This document shows positions 44,175 to 54,742 of a DNA stretch of 64,000 nt, piece after piece. Position numbers and translations under genes: made by a program. How positions within the stretch are numbered: position 1 is the stretch's first letter; every line of letters begins with the position of its first letter. The DNA comes from Bdellovibrionales bacterium (lineage in GTDB: Bacteria > Bdellovibrionota > Bdellovibrionia > Bdellovibrionales > JAKFYE01): the NCBI GenBank assembly GCA_965206675.1, contig CBDBKL010000005.1, positions 40,481-104,480 of the forward strand, written 5' to 3'. Below the pieces are notes generated by a model that worked only from the letters and a program-made list of their open reading frames with translations, was not told where the DNA came from and did no database searches.

Positions 44175-45371
44175 GTGAAAAGAGCAATGAGCTATAAATC
44201 AAATGTTCTGCATTTTGCGGGAAAAAATCTAAAAACTTTGGCTAAGAAATATGGAACACCGATTTACATTTATGATTTATATGGAATAGCCAATGTTATA
44301 GATGACTTTAAAAAGGCGTTGGGCCCGACGTGTGAGGTTCACTATGCTTCAAAGGCCAACGCTCACCCTGGGATTTTAAAGCTGATGAAGCAAAAGGGGG
44401 TGGGGATAGATGCTGTATCAAAGGGCGAAATAAAAGCCGCTTTGAATGTGGGTATTTCTGCAAAGGATATTATTCTTTCCGGAGTGGCCAAAACAGTTTC
44501 GGAACTTCAGTTTGCTATTTCAAAAAACATTAAATCTATCAATGTCGAGAGTGTGGGAGAGTTAAAAAGAATTGCCAAGTTGGCTCAGGAAAAGAAGAAG
44601 TTTGTTAATGTTGCTATTCGTTTTAATCCTGATGTGGATGCAAAGACACATCCTTATATTACAACGGGGTTTCGGGAGAATAAATTTGGTATGGATAAGA
44701 GTTTTATACCTGAGATCAAGCGTATTTTAAAAAAATCTCGTTTTATAAGGCTTAAGGGCATGACGATTCACATTGGATCACAGTTGACGGATTTGAAACC
44801 TTTTCGGGACGCTATTCGAAAGACGCTACCTTATTACAAGGCGTTTCGGGCTGAGGGTTTTCCTTTGGAGTTTTTCAATGTGGGTGGGGGGTTAGGTATT
44901 CCTTATCAGTCAGAGGTTATGCCTTCGTTAAAGAGTTATGGATCTATGGTACAGAGGGAATTAAAAGTTTTAGGGGCAAAAATTCTCTGTGAACCGGGTC
45001 GTATATTGGTGGGGGGCTCGGGGGTATTATTGACAGAGGTTCAATATATGAAGTCGGCACCGAGTAAGAATTTTCTAATTGTGGATACGGGAATGCACCA
45101 TCTTTTGCGGCCGTCGCTTTATGATGCTTATCATAGTATTTTACCTGTTATACGCAGGAGGGGATCGGCAAAAACTTATGATGTTGTAGGGCCTATTTGT
45201 GAAAGCTCTGATTTTTTAGGAAAGGATAGAGAGTTTAAAGGGGTAAAAGAGGGAGATCTTTTAGCTATTTTAGATGCGGGTGCTTATGGATATTCGATGG
45301 CCAGTCAATACAATGCTCACACTTTGCCAAAGGAAATTTGTTTAAAAGACAAAAAAGTTTCATTGGTATAA
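44175..45371 (+). CDS. lysA: Diaminopimelate decarboxylase
   Basis: The PLP-lysine context is HYASKAN, with GGGLGIPY, EPGR, CESSD and AGAYGYSMASQYN. The start is either 44175 (GTG) or 44187 (ATG). Confidence 0.92.
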   Translation: MKRAMSYKSNVLHFAGKNLKTLAKKYGTPIYIYDLYGIANVIDDFKKALGPTCEVHYASKANAHPGILKLMKQKGVGIDAVSKGEIKAALNVGISAKDIILSGVAKTVSELQFAISKNIKSINVESVGELKRIAKLAQEKKKFVNVAIRFNPDVDAKTHPYITTGFRENKFGMDKSFIPEIKRILKKSRFIRLKGMTIHIGSQLTDLKPFRDAIRKTLPYYKAFRAEGFPLEFFNVGGGLGIPYQSEVMPSLKSYGSMVQRELKVLGAKILCEPGRILVGGSGVLLTEVQYMKSAPSKNFLIVDTGMHHLLRPSLYDAYHSILPVIRRRGSAKTYDVVGPICESSDFLGKDREFKGVKEGDLLAILDAGAYGYSMASQYNAHTLPKEICLKDKKVSLV

Positions 45372-45485
45372 AAGGAAATAAGGATTTTTTGGCTAGATGC
45401 AGACTTCTGTATTTAATATTTACTTAATTATTTCAAATATTTATTGATTTTTTTCAGACGAATTTGTCGCAAGTTTGTCGCAAGT

Positions 45486-46578
45486 TTAAATGTCGCTTCT
45501 TAAACGATATGACTGTTGATTTGTTGCTCCCGTGGCTCTAATGATTTTCTTCTCAAGCATATCTTTTAGATCTCTCTGTAAAGTTCTTTTCGTTATTTTA
45601 CTTTGTTTCTTCTTCTTTCTATCTTCTTTGGCTATTCTTACACAAAGCTTTTCAAAATCTTTTGGAGCCAATTTTTCATTTTCTAAGATGTGTTCAATAA
45701 TTAGACTTTGTCGTTTTGTCAGGTCATATTTTTCTGCAAGAGTGTCTTTTTGAATAACTTTTTTTCCAACGGAAATAACCTCATTCATTTGAGATAAAAA
45801 ACCTTTTATAAAATATTCAAGCCAATTTGTCATGTCCATATTATTTTGCCGTACTGATTGAATAGCATTATAAAAAGAAGCTCGATTTTTATCATAATAT
45901 TCACTAATAGAAAAAAGACGTTTGAAATCATAATCTGATTTATAGAGATATAAGGCGCAAAGCAGTCGAGAAGTGCGACCATTCCCATCAATAAAGGGAT
46001 GGATGTGAACAAGCTGGAATTGAATAATTCCACTTTTTAAAACCGGGTGTATTTCTGATTCTTCATTGATCCATCCTATAAACTCTTTCATAAGTTTAGG
46101 TACTTTTTCTGGTTTTGGAGGGGTGTAAATAATTTTTTTAGTTATAGAATTAACAACATAATTATTGAACATTTCGATAAATTCCTGGTTTGGCACTACC
46201 TCCTCGAACTCCTTTTACTAGCTCTTTATGAATAGATTTAACAAATGATTCTTCAATTTTTTCATTTGTTTTTAGATAGTCTGATACAAGTTTAAAGGCA
46301 TTCTTATAGTTCTTTAATTCTTTTATATCTTCTTTATTCACACCAGAAACAGATTTTCCAGATAAAATTTTCTTTGATTGATCTAGAGTCAGTTGAGTTC
46401 CCTCTATATGGGTTGTGTGGTGAGTCTCTATGAGAAAAGCATTACGACTCATTTTCTTTATCCATGCATTTGAAAGATGTGCCGCATCTAAAAATCCCCT
46501 GGCTCTTTCAATATCCATAAGATCGTTTAGCATGGGTTGGGTAATAGTAAATTTTGGAAAAAAATGTTTGTTTATCAT
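45486..46578 (-). pseudogene. Fic-family (AMPylase-type) protein, split by a single-nucleotide frameshift
   Basis: The N-terminal ORF (46162-46578) ends ...PGIYRNVQ*. The second ORF continues NYVVNSITKKIIYTPPKPEKVP... and contains the Fic motif HPFIDGNGRTSRLL and a C-terminal wHTH. Removing one base at about 46164-46165 joins the two into a protein of about 370 aa. Confidence 0.8.
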
Positions 46579-46620
46579 TTTATTATTTTCTCTGTAGTTT
46601 TAAAGACTTGCTCTTGTTCC

Positions 46621-48906
46621 TCACTTAGGTTTCTTTTTCATTTCCTTAAGAGCTTCAATCTCAAGAGCGGTGAGGGAGACAGTGTTGACAATGTCTGTAA
46701 CACTGCAAGAGCGTTGTAAGACATTTGCTGGTTTTGAAATACCCATCAAGAAAGGACCTAAAACTTCTCCATCCCCTAGCTGTTGAACAAGTTTATAGGC
46801 AATGTTCCCTGCGTCTAAATTAGGAAATAACAAAATATTTGCACGTTTTTTAATATTGCTAAACGGAAAGATTTCTTTAACAATATCTGAATTTGTTGCC
46901 GTGTCAGCTTGCATCTCCCCATCCACAATTAAGTCCGGATATTGCTTTTTTAAAATATCAGCCGCTGCTCGCATTTTTTTGGGTGAATCAAAACGTCCTG
47001 TAAAATTAGAAAAACTCAGCATAGCAATACGCGGTTGAATATTAAAATATTTTGCGACTTTGGCTGCACTGGCAGCAATTTTTGCAATCTCTTCCTTTGT
47101 GGGATCGATATTCATAGTCACATCAGCGAAAAATATAACCCGATTCTTTACAATCATGATAATCAAACCCGCAGCTACATCTCCCTTAGAAGTTCCAATA
47201 ATTTGTAATATGGGCTGTACAGAGTCTGCATAGTTTTGTGAGGCTCCGCTAATTAATCCATCAGCATCTCCAGTTTTTACCATCATTGCAGCATAGTAAT
47301 AAGGATCTCGAACTAATCTTTCCGCCTCTCTCAGTGAGACCCCTTTGCGCATTCGTTTCTTCCAAAGAATGTTAGCATATTCTTGAAAGTTTTCAGTGCG
47401 AGAGGGGTGGAGTATGGGAAGATCCATAAGATTTTCAAGTTGTAAATCTTGAATACGAGGACGAATAACATCTTCGTAACCTAATAAAATAGGTTCTGCA
47501 ATACCCTCATCCACAATGATTTGCATGGCTTGTAACACTTTTTCATTGCTGGCTTCAGGAATAACAATTCGAGGTAATTGAGATTTTTTTGATTGCACAC
47601 GCTTTTTAACACGATTAATGGCAGCTCGAATAAACTCCTTGGAAGCTCCTAACTGAGATTCTAATTTATCTTTATAGGCTTCAAAATCCTTTATATCCCG
47701 TTGAGCCACTCCAGAGTCCATAGCGGCTTTTGCAACAGCAGGGGCAACACGAAGTAAAACCCTCGGATCAAAAGGTTTGGGAATAATATAATCCGGCCCA
47801 AATTGGAAAAGCCGTCCTCCGTAGGCCCTTGAAACACTCTCGGGAACTTCTTCTTGAGCTAGTTCTGCAAGTGCATGGACAGCAGCCAGTTTCATCTCTT
47901 CATTGATAGATGTAGCTCTCACATCCAGTGCTCCTCGGAAAATAAAAGGAAAACCCAAAACATTGTTCACTTGATTGGGATAGTCCGACCTTCCTGTGGC
48001 CATAATCACTTCGGGTCTGACCTCTTTGGCGGCTTCAGGCATGATTTCTGGTATCGGATTGGCCATTGCAAAAACAATTGGTTTTTCATTCATAAATTGA
48101 ACCATTTTTTGTGTCACAACATCTGCGACACTCAGACCAACAAATACATCAGCTCCTTTCATGGCGTCAGTTAATGTCCGGTCCTTTGTCTCAGTGGCAA
48201 ATTCTGATTTATAAATGTTCATACTTTCAGTGCGGCCTTTATAGATCACACCTTCGGAATCGCACATGAGTATATTTTTCGCACCTAAGTTTTTAAAGAG
48301 ACGGCCGCAAGCAATAGCTGAGGCCCCAGCTCCATTTATAACAAGCTTGATATTTTCAATTTTTTTCTTTGTTAATTGAAGGGCGTTTAATAAAGCTGCT
48401 CCAGAAATAATAGCTGTTCCATGTTGATCGTCATGGAACACGGGAATATTCATTTCCTTTTGTAACTCTTGCTCTATGGTGAAACATTCGGGAGATTTAA
48501 CGTCTTCTAGGTTAATCCCACCAAATGTAGGCTCTAAAGCTTTGACGGTGTTTATAAATTCTTGAGGGTCTTTGGCTTTAACCTCAATATCAAAGACATC
48601 AATATCCGCAAACTTTTTAAAAAGTACCCCTTTGCCTTCCATAACGGGTTTTGAGGCTTCAGGTCCTATATCTCCTAAACCTAAGACAGCCGTTCCATTT
48701 GAAATAACAGCCACCAAATTTCCCTTAACAGTGTAGTCATAAACTTTTTGGATATCTTTGGCTATTTCCAAACAGGGCTCTGCAACTCCAGGGGAATAAG
48801 CTAAACTCAAATCGCGTTCTGTATTACAGGGTTTTGTGGCAATGACTTCCAGTTTCCCTTCGCGTTTTCGAGAATGATATTCAAGGGCCTCTTTGTTTTT
48901 TTTCAC
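46621..48906 (-). CDS. maeB: NADP-dependent malic enzyme (malic enzyme plus PTA-like domain), MaeB type
   Basis: [35 protein letters not shown], and a C-terminal phosphate-acetyltransferase-like half. The GTG at 48906, after GGAGGA, is preferred over the TTG at 48939. Confidence 0.92.
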   Translation of the reverse strand: MKKNKEALEYHSRKREGKLEVIATKPCNTERDLSLAYSPGVAEPCLEIAKDIQKVYDYTVKGNLVAVISNGTAVLGLGDIGPEASKPVMEGKGVLFKKFADIDVFDIEVKAKDPQEFINTVKALEPTFGGINLEDVKSPECFTIEQELQKEMNIPVFHDDQHGTAIISGAALLNALQLTKKKIENIKLVINGAGASAIACGRLFKNLGAKNILMCDSEGVIYKGRTESMNIYKSEFATETKDRTLTDAMKGADVFVGLSVADVVTQKMVQFMNEKPIVFAMANPIPEIMPEAAKEVRPEVIMATGRSDYPNQVNNVLGFPFIFRGALDVRATSINEEMKLAAVHALAELAQEEVPESVSRAYGGRLFQFGPDYIIPKPFDPRVLLRVAPAVAKAAMDSGVAQRDIKDFEAYKDKLESQLGASKEFIRAAINRVKKRVQSKKSQLPRIVIPEASNEKVLQAMQIIVDEGIAEPILLGYEDVIRPRIQDLQLENLMDLPILHPSRTENFQEYANILWKKRMRKGVSLREAERLVRDPYYYAAMMVKTGDADGLISGASQNYADSVQPILQIIGTSKGDVAAGLIIMIVKNRVIFFADVTMNIDPTKEEIAKIAASAAKVAKYFNIQPRIAMLSFSNFTGRFDSPKKMRAAADILKKQYPDLIVDGEMQADTATNSDIVKEIFPFSNIKKRANILLFPNLDAGNIAYKLVQQLGDGEVLGPFLMGISKPANVLQRSCSVTDIVNTVSLTALEIEALKEMKKKPK

Positions 48907-49065
48907 ATATCCTCCAAAGGGAAATGATTTTAGAGTCAACTATTACGAAACCATTGCAATGAGTCAATATTCTATTCGGACAAATTTGGATTTTTATAGA
49001 GAGTTATGATGTTTCATTATGAGATATTGACGTTTATAACTAGATTTTAAACGGCATAGGATATT

Positions 49066-49959
49066 TTATTTATTTTTCACTGAGAATTCTTCTTTTTGAA
49101 TATTTTGAATTTCCGTTTGAGATAAGCCAGTAGCTTTTTCAATTATAGAAAGATCAATTTTATTCTCTAACATTCTATAAACGATTTGCTGAAGATTTTC
49201 TTGTTTACCTTTCTCTAATCCCTGATCATAGGCCCAAGCTTTCTCAGCCTTATCATCACTAATAGCTTTAAGACGATCCTCCTCCTGCCACCTCAACTTA
49301 TCCTCTAACGACATATCCTTTAAAAGTCCCATAGCTTGCCTCATCTCTTGGTTTTTCTGAGCCAATTGCTCTAATTCACTCTCTTTTATTTGACTTGAAT
49401 GTCTAATAATATAGCACCAATGGTCTCTTAAATCAATTAAACCCTCTAGACGTGTTTTAAACTTAGAAAGTTCTACAAACACTATTCTTAAATCTCTGTT
49501 GAGGCAAAAGTGAGGTGATTTATCTGAAAGAAGAGAAAAGCTAGTGACAACGTCTTGAGTTTGTTTAAAGACTGAAAATTCAGTAAAGATCAAAGAGTAG
49601 GTGGGATGAAGGGTTTCATACTCAGCACCTTGTTTAAAGCCATCGGTGTAGAGTTTAGCCCAGTAGAAGAGTATTCTTGAGAGAAAGCCTTTCTTGTAGG
49701 CAGATTGCATTTCAACGTTGATTTTCTCGCCTGTGTTTAGTTCCAGTTTCAGATCTAAGATGATTTGTTTTTTCTTTTCGACTTCAGGGGGGATCTCAGG
49801 GTTTAGGATCTGAATGCCTTTGATTTCTTTATCTGAGGGAAGAGGAAGAAAGGTTTTCAGTAAAGAGCGAAGAAGGTTTTTGTCTCTTGTAAAGTAGGCC
49901 TTAAACATTAGATCTTGACTCAGCTTAATGTATGGTTTGTTGCGTTGTTTGTTTCTCAT
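49066..49959 (-). CDS. Rpn/YhgA-like PD-(D/E)XK nuclease-family putative transposase
   Basis: The N-terminal DLMFKAYFTRDKNLLRSLLKTFL, ILDLKLELNTGEKINVEMQ and a C-terminal helical tail fit the recombination-promoting nuclease family pattern. Confidence 0.7.
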   Translation of the reverse strand: MRNKQRNKPYIKLSQDLMFKAYFTRDKNLLRSLLKTFLPLPSDKEIKGIQILNPEIPPEVEKKKQIILDLKLELNTGEKINVEMQSAYKKGFLSRILFYWAKLYTDGFKQGAEYETLHPTYSLIFTEFSVFKQTQDVVTSFSLLSDKSPHFCLNRDLRIVFVELSKFKTRLEGLIDLRDHWCYIIRHSSQIKESELEQLAQKNQEMRQAMGLLKDMSLEDKLRWQEEDRLKAISDDKAEKAWAYDQGLEKGKQENLQQIVYRMLENKIDLSIIEKATGLSQTEIQNIQKEEFSVKNK

Positions 49960-50104
49960 TTTACTTGTTCTCCTTAAAAAGGGTTTTATTCACTGAAGAA
50001 CTGCTACAATTAGCAATTTCTTTGAGAAGTGAATGAATCGGATAAAAGCAAAGGGCATACCTGCTTTAGAACCAAAATAATAAACTCTCAGGAAATAAGT
50101 GGTC

Positions 50105-50131
50105 GTTATTCGGACATTTGATCCGGATAAC
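50105..50131. promoter_or_regulatory. Inverted-repeat candidate operator upstream of fadI
   Basis: GTTATTCGGA-catttga-TCCGGATAAC has 9 of 10 positions palindromic. It lies about 100 nt upstream of the fadI start. Confidence 0.4.
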
Positions 50132-50228
50132 ATTTCTAGTGATTTGATGAGATAGATTGGGGATTCACTTAGATCTGATAAAATGGTAATATTAAAGAAT
50201 TGTGTAGTTTTAAAAGGAGGAGATAAAA

Positions 50229-51515
50229 GTGTCTGATCCAAGAGATGTTGTTATTATTGAGGGAGTACGAACTCCCTTTGTAAAATCGGGGACAAAGTTT
50301 GACGCTATTTCTGCTGTGGAACTTGGACAGGTCGCTCTTAAGGAACTATTGGTAAAAACAGAGATTAGCACTGACGTCATTGATGAGGTGATTATTGGCA
50401 ATACGGGTAATCCCTCAAATGCCGCTAATATTTCACGTGTGGTGGCCTTAAACGCAGGTCTGCCTCAAAACATTTCAGCGCATACAGTTCATAGAAATTG
50501 TGCCTCAGCACTTGAGAGCCTGGCTACAGGTTTTGACAAGATTCGAGCAGGCCAAGCAGATACGGTTATAGCTGGAGGTACAGAGAGCATGTCAAATATG
50601 CCACTGCTATTTACCAAATCCTTTGTGAATGTCTTTCGTCAAGTTATGGCTGCGAAGACAATAGGACAAAAGCTAATGCATTTAGGGAAATTAAAACTGA
50701 GAGATTTAAAACCCCGAGTGGCTATTATGGAAGGTTTAACAGATCCTTTTTCGGGATTAAATATGGGACAGACAGCAGAGGTGTTAGCTAAAGAATTTCA
50801 AATTTCTAGAGAAGAGCAAGATGAGTATGCTTTAAACAGTCATCGAAGGGCCATACAACATAAAGATCGTTTACGAGAAGAAATTGTATCTTTCTTTATT
50901 CCTCATAGAGAAGCGATTGAAGATGATGTTGGTCCTCGAGAAAATCAAAGTTTAGAGCAGTTGCAAAAATTAAGACCCTATTTTGATCGTAAATATGGGA
51001 CGGTGACTGTTGGAAACTCTTGTCCTATTACAGATGGTGCGGCAATGGTTCTTATGATGAACCGTGAGAAAGCTGAGGCTTTAGGAAAAAAATCTTTGGT
51101 GAAAATAAAATCATATGCCTTTGTGGGGTTAGAGCCTGAGCGTATGGGGTTGGGACCTGTGTATGCGACGGCCTTGGCTCTGGATCGAGCGGGACTTACA
51201 TTAAAGGATATAGGTCTTGTTGAACTCAATGAAGCCTTTGCTGCACAAGTTTTATCCTGTTTGAAGGCTTTTGAATCAGAGGAATTTGCAAAGCAGAAAT
51301 TGGGACGAGCGGAAGCTCTTGGAAAAATTTCCCCTGAAATATTAAATGTCAATGGTGGAGCGATAGCCTTGGGTCACCCAGTGGGAGCGACCGGGACACG
51401 ATTGGTTTTGACTTTAATGAAAGAAATGGAAAGAAAAGGTGTTCAATACGGGCTGGCTACATTATGTATTGGTGGAGGTCAGGGTGGAGCTATGATTTTG
51501 GAAAGAGAGGCGTAA
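50229..51515 (+). CDS. fadI: 3-ketoacyl-CoA thiolase (FadI/FadA type)
   Basis: GGAGGAG precedes the GTG. The active-site contexts are VHRNCASALES, NVNGGAIALGHPVGATG and LCIGGGQG. The gene order, thiolase first then the multifunctional enzyme, matches fadIJ. Confidence 0.88.
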   Translation: MSDPRDVVIIEGVRTPFVKSGTKFDAISAVELGQVALKELLVKTEISTDVIDEVIIGNTGNPSNAANISRVVALNAGLPQNISAHTVHRNCASALESLATGFDKIRAGQADTVIAGGTESMSNMPLLFTKSFVNVFRQVMAAKTIGQKLMHLGKLKLRDLKPRVAIMEGLTDPFSGLNMGQTAEVLAKEFQISREEQDEYALNSHRRAIQHKDRLREEIVSFFIPHREAIEDDVGPRENQSLEQLQKLRPYFDRKYGTVTVGNSCPITDGAAMVLMMNREKAEALGKKSLVKIKSYAFVGLEPERMGLGPVYATALALDRAGLTLKDIGLVELNEAFAAQVLSCLKAFESEEFAKQKLGRAEALGKISPEILNVNGGAIALGHPVGATGTRLVLTLMKEMERKGVQYGLATLCIGGGQGGAMILEREA

Positions 51516-51516
51516 G

Positions 51517-53649
51517 TTGAAAAATGCAGGTGATGTGAGCTTAAAGCTTGTTTCTCAGGGTGATATTGGCCTTTTAGAATTTGTTGGTGAAAAGGTTAAT
51601 AAACTCTCCAGTTCAGTGATGAAAGAGTTGGAAGAAATTTTAGAGCAGATTCGAGATTCTAATTTTAAAGCGATTATCTTGATATCTAGAACACCGAACA
51701 TATTTATTGCAGGTGCCGACATAGCCGAAATAAAAGATCTTTGTAAAAAAGAGGAAGCTATAAAAGTTGTCCTAGCGGGGCAAAAAATCATTAACATGTT
51801 GGAGGATCTACCTATACCTGTGATTGCAGCGATTCATGGTGCAACCTTAGGTGGCGGTTGTGAAGTGGCATTAGCCTGTGATTATCGCATTTGTTCAAGT
51901 GATAAAAAGACGCGTATTGGTTTGCCAGAGATAAAACTGGGAGTCATTCCAGGTTTTGGTGGGTGTGTACGGTTACCTCGAGTTGTGGGTCTACAATCGT
52001 CTTTAGATATTATTCTGGCCGGTAAATCTGTAAGTGGTGAAAAGGCACTCCGGATGGGGTTAGTGGATCGTTGTGTTCCCCCAGTGATTTTGGAAAAACA
52101 AGCTTTTAAGATGGCTCAAGAGATTATTGCTAAGGGCTCTAAGAAACGGCGTAAAAGATTTTCTTCTAAAAATATCACGCAACATATTTTGGAGAGTACG
52201 GTAGGGCGTCTGATTGTATTTTCAAAAGCGCGTAAAGCTGTAGTGACAAAGACAGGGGGACATTATCCAGCCCCTTTAAAAGCTCTAGAGGTTATCCAAA
52301 GAACTTATGGTGTTTCTGACCGTGGTAAATGTTTAGAGATTGAAGCTCAAGGGTTTAGTGATGTTTGTGTTACAGATGTGAGTAAGAATTTAATTAATTT
52401 GTTTTACCTTACAGAGGGCATAAAGAAAAAAACAGGAGTTTCTAATAAAGAAATACAACCTCGTGATTTAAAAAAAGTAGGTGTGTTGGGCGCAGGAACT
52501 ATGGGCGGAGGTATTGCACAACTCTTTGCTGATAAGGGCTTTGATGTGCGTATGAAGGATATCAACAACAAAGCCATAGCTCTTGGACTCAATACAGCTC
52601 GGAAGATTTGGGAAAAACTTTTAAAACGGCGACGTATTACTCAGTATGAAATGCAACAGAAATTTAGCCGCATCAGTGGAGGTACGGATTTTGATGGCTT
52701 TCAAAGCTTGGATTTAGTTGTTGAAGCTATTGTTGAAGATATGGAGATTAAAAAGAAAGTTATTGGTGAAACAGAAAAACAGTGTCATGAGAATTGTGTC
52801 ATAGTGACAAACACATCATCATTAAGTGTTACAGAGATGGCCAAGGGATGTGTGCGGCCAGAGAATTTTGCAGGCATGCACTTTTTTAATCCTGTTCATA
52901 AGATGCCTTTAGTTGAAGTCATTCGTGGTGAAAAAACCAGTGATGAAGTGTGTGCTACAGTTTTTCATTTGGCTAAGAAATCAGGAAAATTTCCAGTTGT
53001 TGTTAAAGATGGACCGGGGTTTTTAGTGAATAGATTGCTTTTGCCCTATTTGAATGAAGCTGCATATCTTTTAGAGGAAGGTGTGAGCATAGAGAGGGTC
53101 GATAATGCTTATCTTAATTTTGGAATGCCGATGGGCCCTCTGCACTTGATTGATGAGATAGGTATTGATGTAGCCGCTAAAGTGGCAAAAGTTTTTGAAA
53201 CAGCTTTTGGAGAAAGAGCTAAACCTTCCCCTTTAATGCAAGAGATTGTTCAGTCGGGGCGATTGGGTAAGAAAAATAAAAAGGGCTTTTATAAATATGA
53301 TGAGAATGGGACTAAGGGTTCTGTGGATTTATCGGCTTATAATCGGTTTTCAAATAAACTCAGTGATGAAGCCATAGTTCATCGAGGCGTTTTTGCGATG
53401 ATTAATGAAGCAGCTATTGCCCTTTTTGAAGATCGCATAATTGACACTACAGATCAGGTGGATTTAGCCATGATTATGGGCACAGGATTTCCTCCTTTTC
53501 GTGGTGGACTTTTAAAATATGCCGATAAGGTCACGGCTAAGGAAATTGTAAGGTGTTTGCAGGAGTGGTCTAATAGCGTAGGCCAACGCTTTCAGCCTTC
53601 TCGTCCTCTGATGGATTTAGCTGAGAGTAAAGGGCAGTTTTATTCGTAA
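51517..53649 (+). CDS. fadJ: Fatty-acid oxidation complex alpha subunit (enoyl-CoA hydratase / 3-hydroxyacyl-CoA dehydrogenase)
   Basis: The crotonase region is FIAGADI, HGATLGGGCEVALACD. The NAD fold is VGVLGAGTMGGGIA. The 3HCDH block is HFFNPVHKMPLVEVI. The start is TTG, 1 nt after the fadI stop. Confidence 0.9.
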   Translation: MKNAGDVSLKLVSQGDIGLLEFVGEKVNKLSSSVMKELEEILEQIRDSNFKAIILISRTPNIFIAGADIAEIKDLCKKEEAIKVVLAGQKIINMLEDLPIPVIAAIHGATLGGGCEVALACDYRICSSDKKTRIGLPEIKLGVIPGFGGCVRLPRVVGLQSSLDIILAGKSVSGEKALRMGLVDRCVPPVILEKQAFKMAQEIIAKGSKKRRKRFSSKNITQHILESTVGRLIVFSKARKAVVTKTGGHYPAPLKALEVIQRTYGVSDRGKCLEIEAQGFSDVCVTDVSKNLINLFYLTEGIKKKTGVSNKEIQPRDLKKVGVLGAGTMGGGIAQLFADKGFDVRMKDINNKAIALGLNTARKIWEKLLKRRRITQYEMQQKFSRISGGTDFDGFQSLDLVVEAIVEDMEIKKKVIGETEKQCHENCVIVTNTSSLSVTEMAKGCVRPENFAGMHFFNPVHKMPLVEVIRGEKTSDEVCATVFHLAKKSGKFPVVVKDGPGFLVNRLLLPYLNEAAYLLEEGVSIERVDNAYLNFGMPMGPLHLIDEIGIDVAAKVAKVFETAFGERAKPSPLMQEIVQSGRLGKKNKKGFYKYDENGTKGSVDLSAYNRFSNKLSDEAIVHRGVFAMINEAAIALFEDRIIDTTDQVDLAMIMGTGFPPFRGGLLKYADKVTAKEIVRCLQEWSNSVGQRFQPSRPLMDLAESKGQFYS

Positions 53650-54027
53650 TTATTTGTACTTATAGTTAATGATTCCCTGAGTCAATTTAACCAAGAAATT
53701 GCTTTGAATTAATTCCTTTAATCTTAAGAAATATGTTTTTGCAATACTTATATCTTCTTGATGATTTTTGTTTGTGAAACTAAGGGTTCATCGCTTCATA
53801 AAAAATCTATTGAGTGTTTTTATAATAAGAATAAGTGATTTTAATAACTAATTTTTCAAATTCCCTTTCTTAGCAATAGATGTTACATCTTTCTACCTCT
53901 TTGAGTAGACTGAAGATAAAGGGGGTGCCTTAAAAGACTTTGTAAAAATTAAAGAAGTTTGAGAATAACGCCTGTTATTTTCAATTTAAGGTATTAGACA
54001 TGAAAATTATTAAGAAGGAGTAGGGTG

Positions 54028-54723
54028 ATGGAAGTTTTCACTAAAGTTGCATTGGCATTTGAGCAAGGGGGATTTTGGATGTGGTTTATCTTTGTCCTCC
54101 AAATTATTTCATTCGCTATTATTATTGAGCGAGTATTGGCTTTATACAAAGCGAGAAAACCGACTCAAAAAGCCTTGGCCCTGCAGTTTGAAGAAGATAT
54201 TCGCAAAGGTAACTTAGAGCGAGTGCTTTCTAAAGCAAAAGCTCTTGGTCCCGAGGATCCTATTGGTCGTGCAGTTGTTGCGGGTACGATGACAGCTCAA
54301 AGTTTTGGCGGTCAAAATGAAATTCAAGGAAAAATGGACGAGGTTCTTTTAGAGGAAAATTCTAATTTAGAAAAACGCACAGGCTTTTTAGCCATGCTAG
54401 GTAACGTGGGAACACTAGCGGGGCTATTGGGTACGATTGTGGGAATGATTAAATCATTTGCTGCTGTTGGTATGGCTAATCCTATGGAAAAAGCGACACT
54501 TCTTTCTCAAGGTATTTCAGAAGCGATGAATACAACAGCCTATGGATTAATTATGGCTATTCCTGCTTTAATCATGTTTGCAGTTCTTCAAAACCGAACA
54601 AATGTTTTATCTGAGGATTTGAATCAGGGGGCTTTAAAAATCTTTAATTGGTTAAGCTATACATACGAATCTATCCCCCAGAGACCAGTGCGGAAAGCTG
54701 AAAGAGCAGAAATGACAGTTTAA
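54028..54723 (+). CDS. MotA/TolQ/ExbB-family proton channel (AglR-like in context)
   Basis: AAGGAG lies 7 nt upstream. The protein has three TMs and the family block LAMLGNVGTLAGLLGTIVGMIKSF...GISEAMNTTAYGLIMAIPALIMF. Confidence 0.88.
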   Translation: MEVFTKVALAFEQGGFWMWFIFVLQIISFAIIIERVLALYKARKPTQKALALQFEEDIRKGNLERVLSKAKALGPEDPIGRAVVAGTMTAQSFGGQNEIQGKMDEVLLEENSNLEKRTGFLAMLGNVGTLAGLLGTIVGMIKSFAAVGMANPMEKATLLSQGISEAMNTTAYGLIMAIPALIMFAVLQNRTNVLSEDLNQGALKIFNWLSYTYESIPQRPVRKAERAEMTV

Positions 54724-54742
54724 GGATGGAGATAATTATTGA

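Noticed and set aside
49990-50401. Two short minus-strand ORFs (83 and 63 aa) in and around the fadI upstream region
   Set aside because: I could recognise no RBS or family features. One overlaps the well-supported fadI start, and the region is better explained as the fadIJ promoter/operator.
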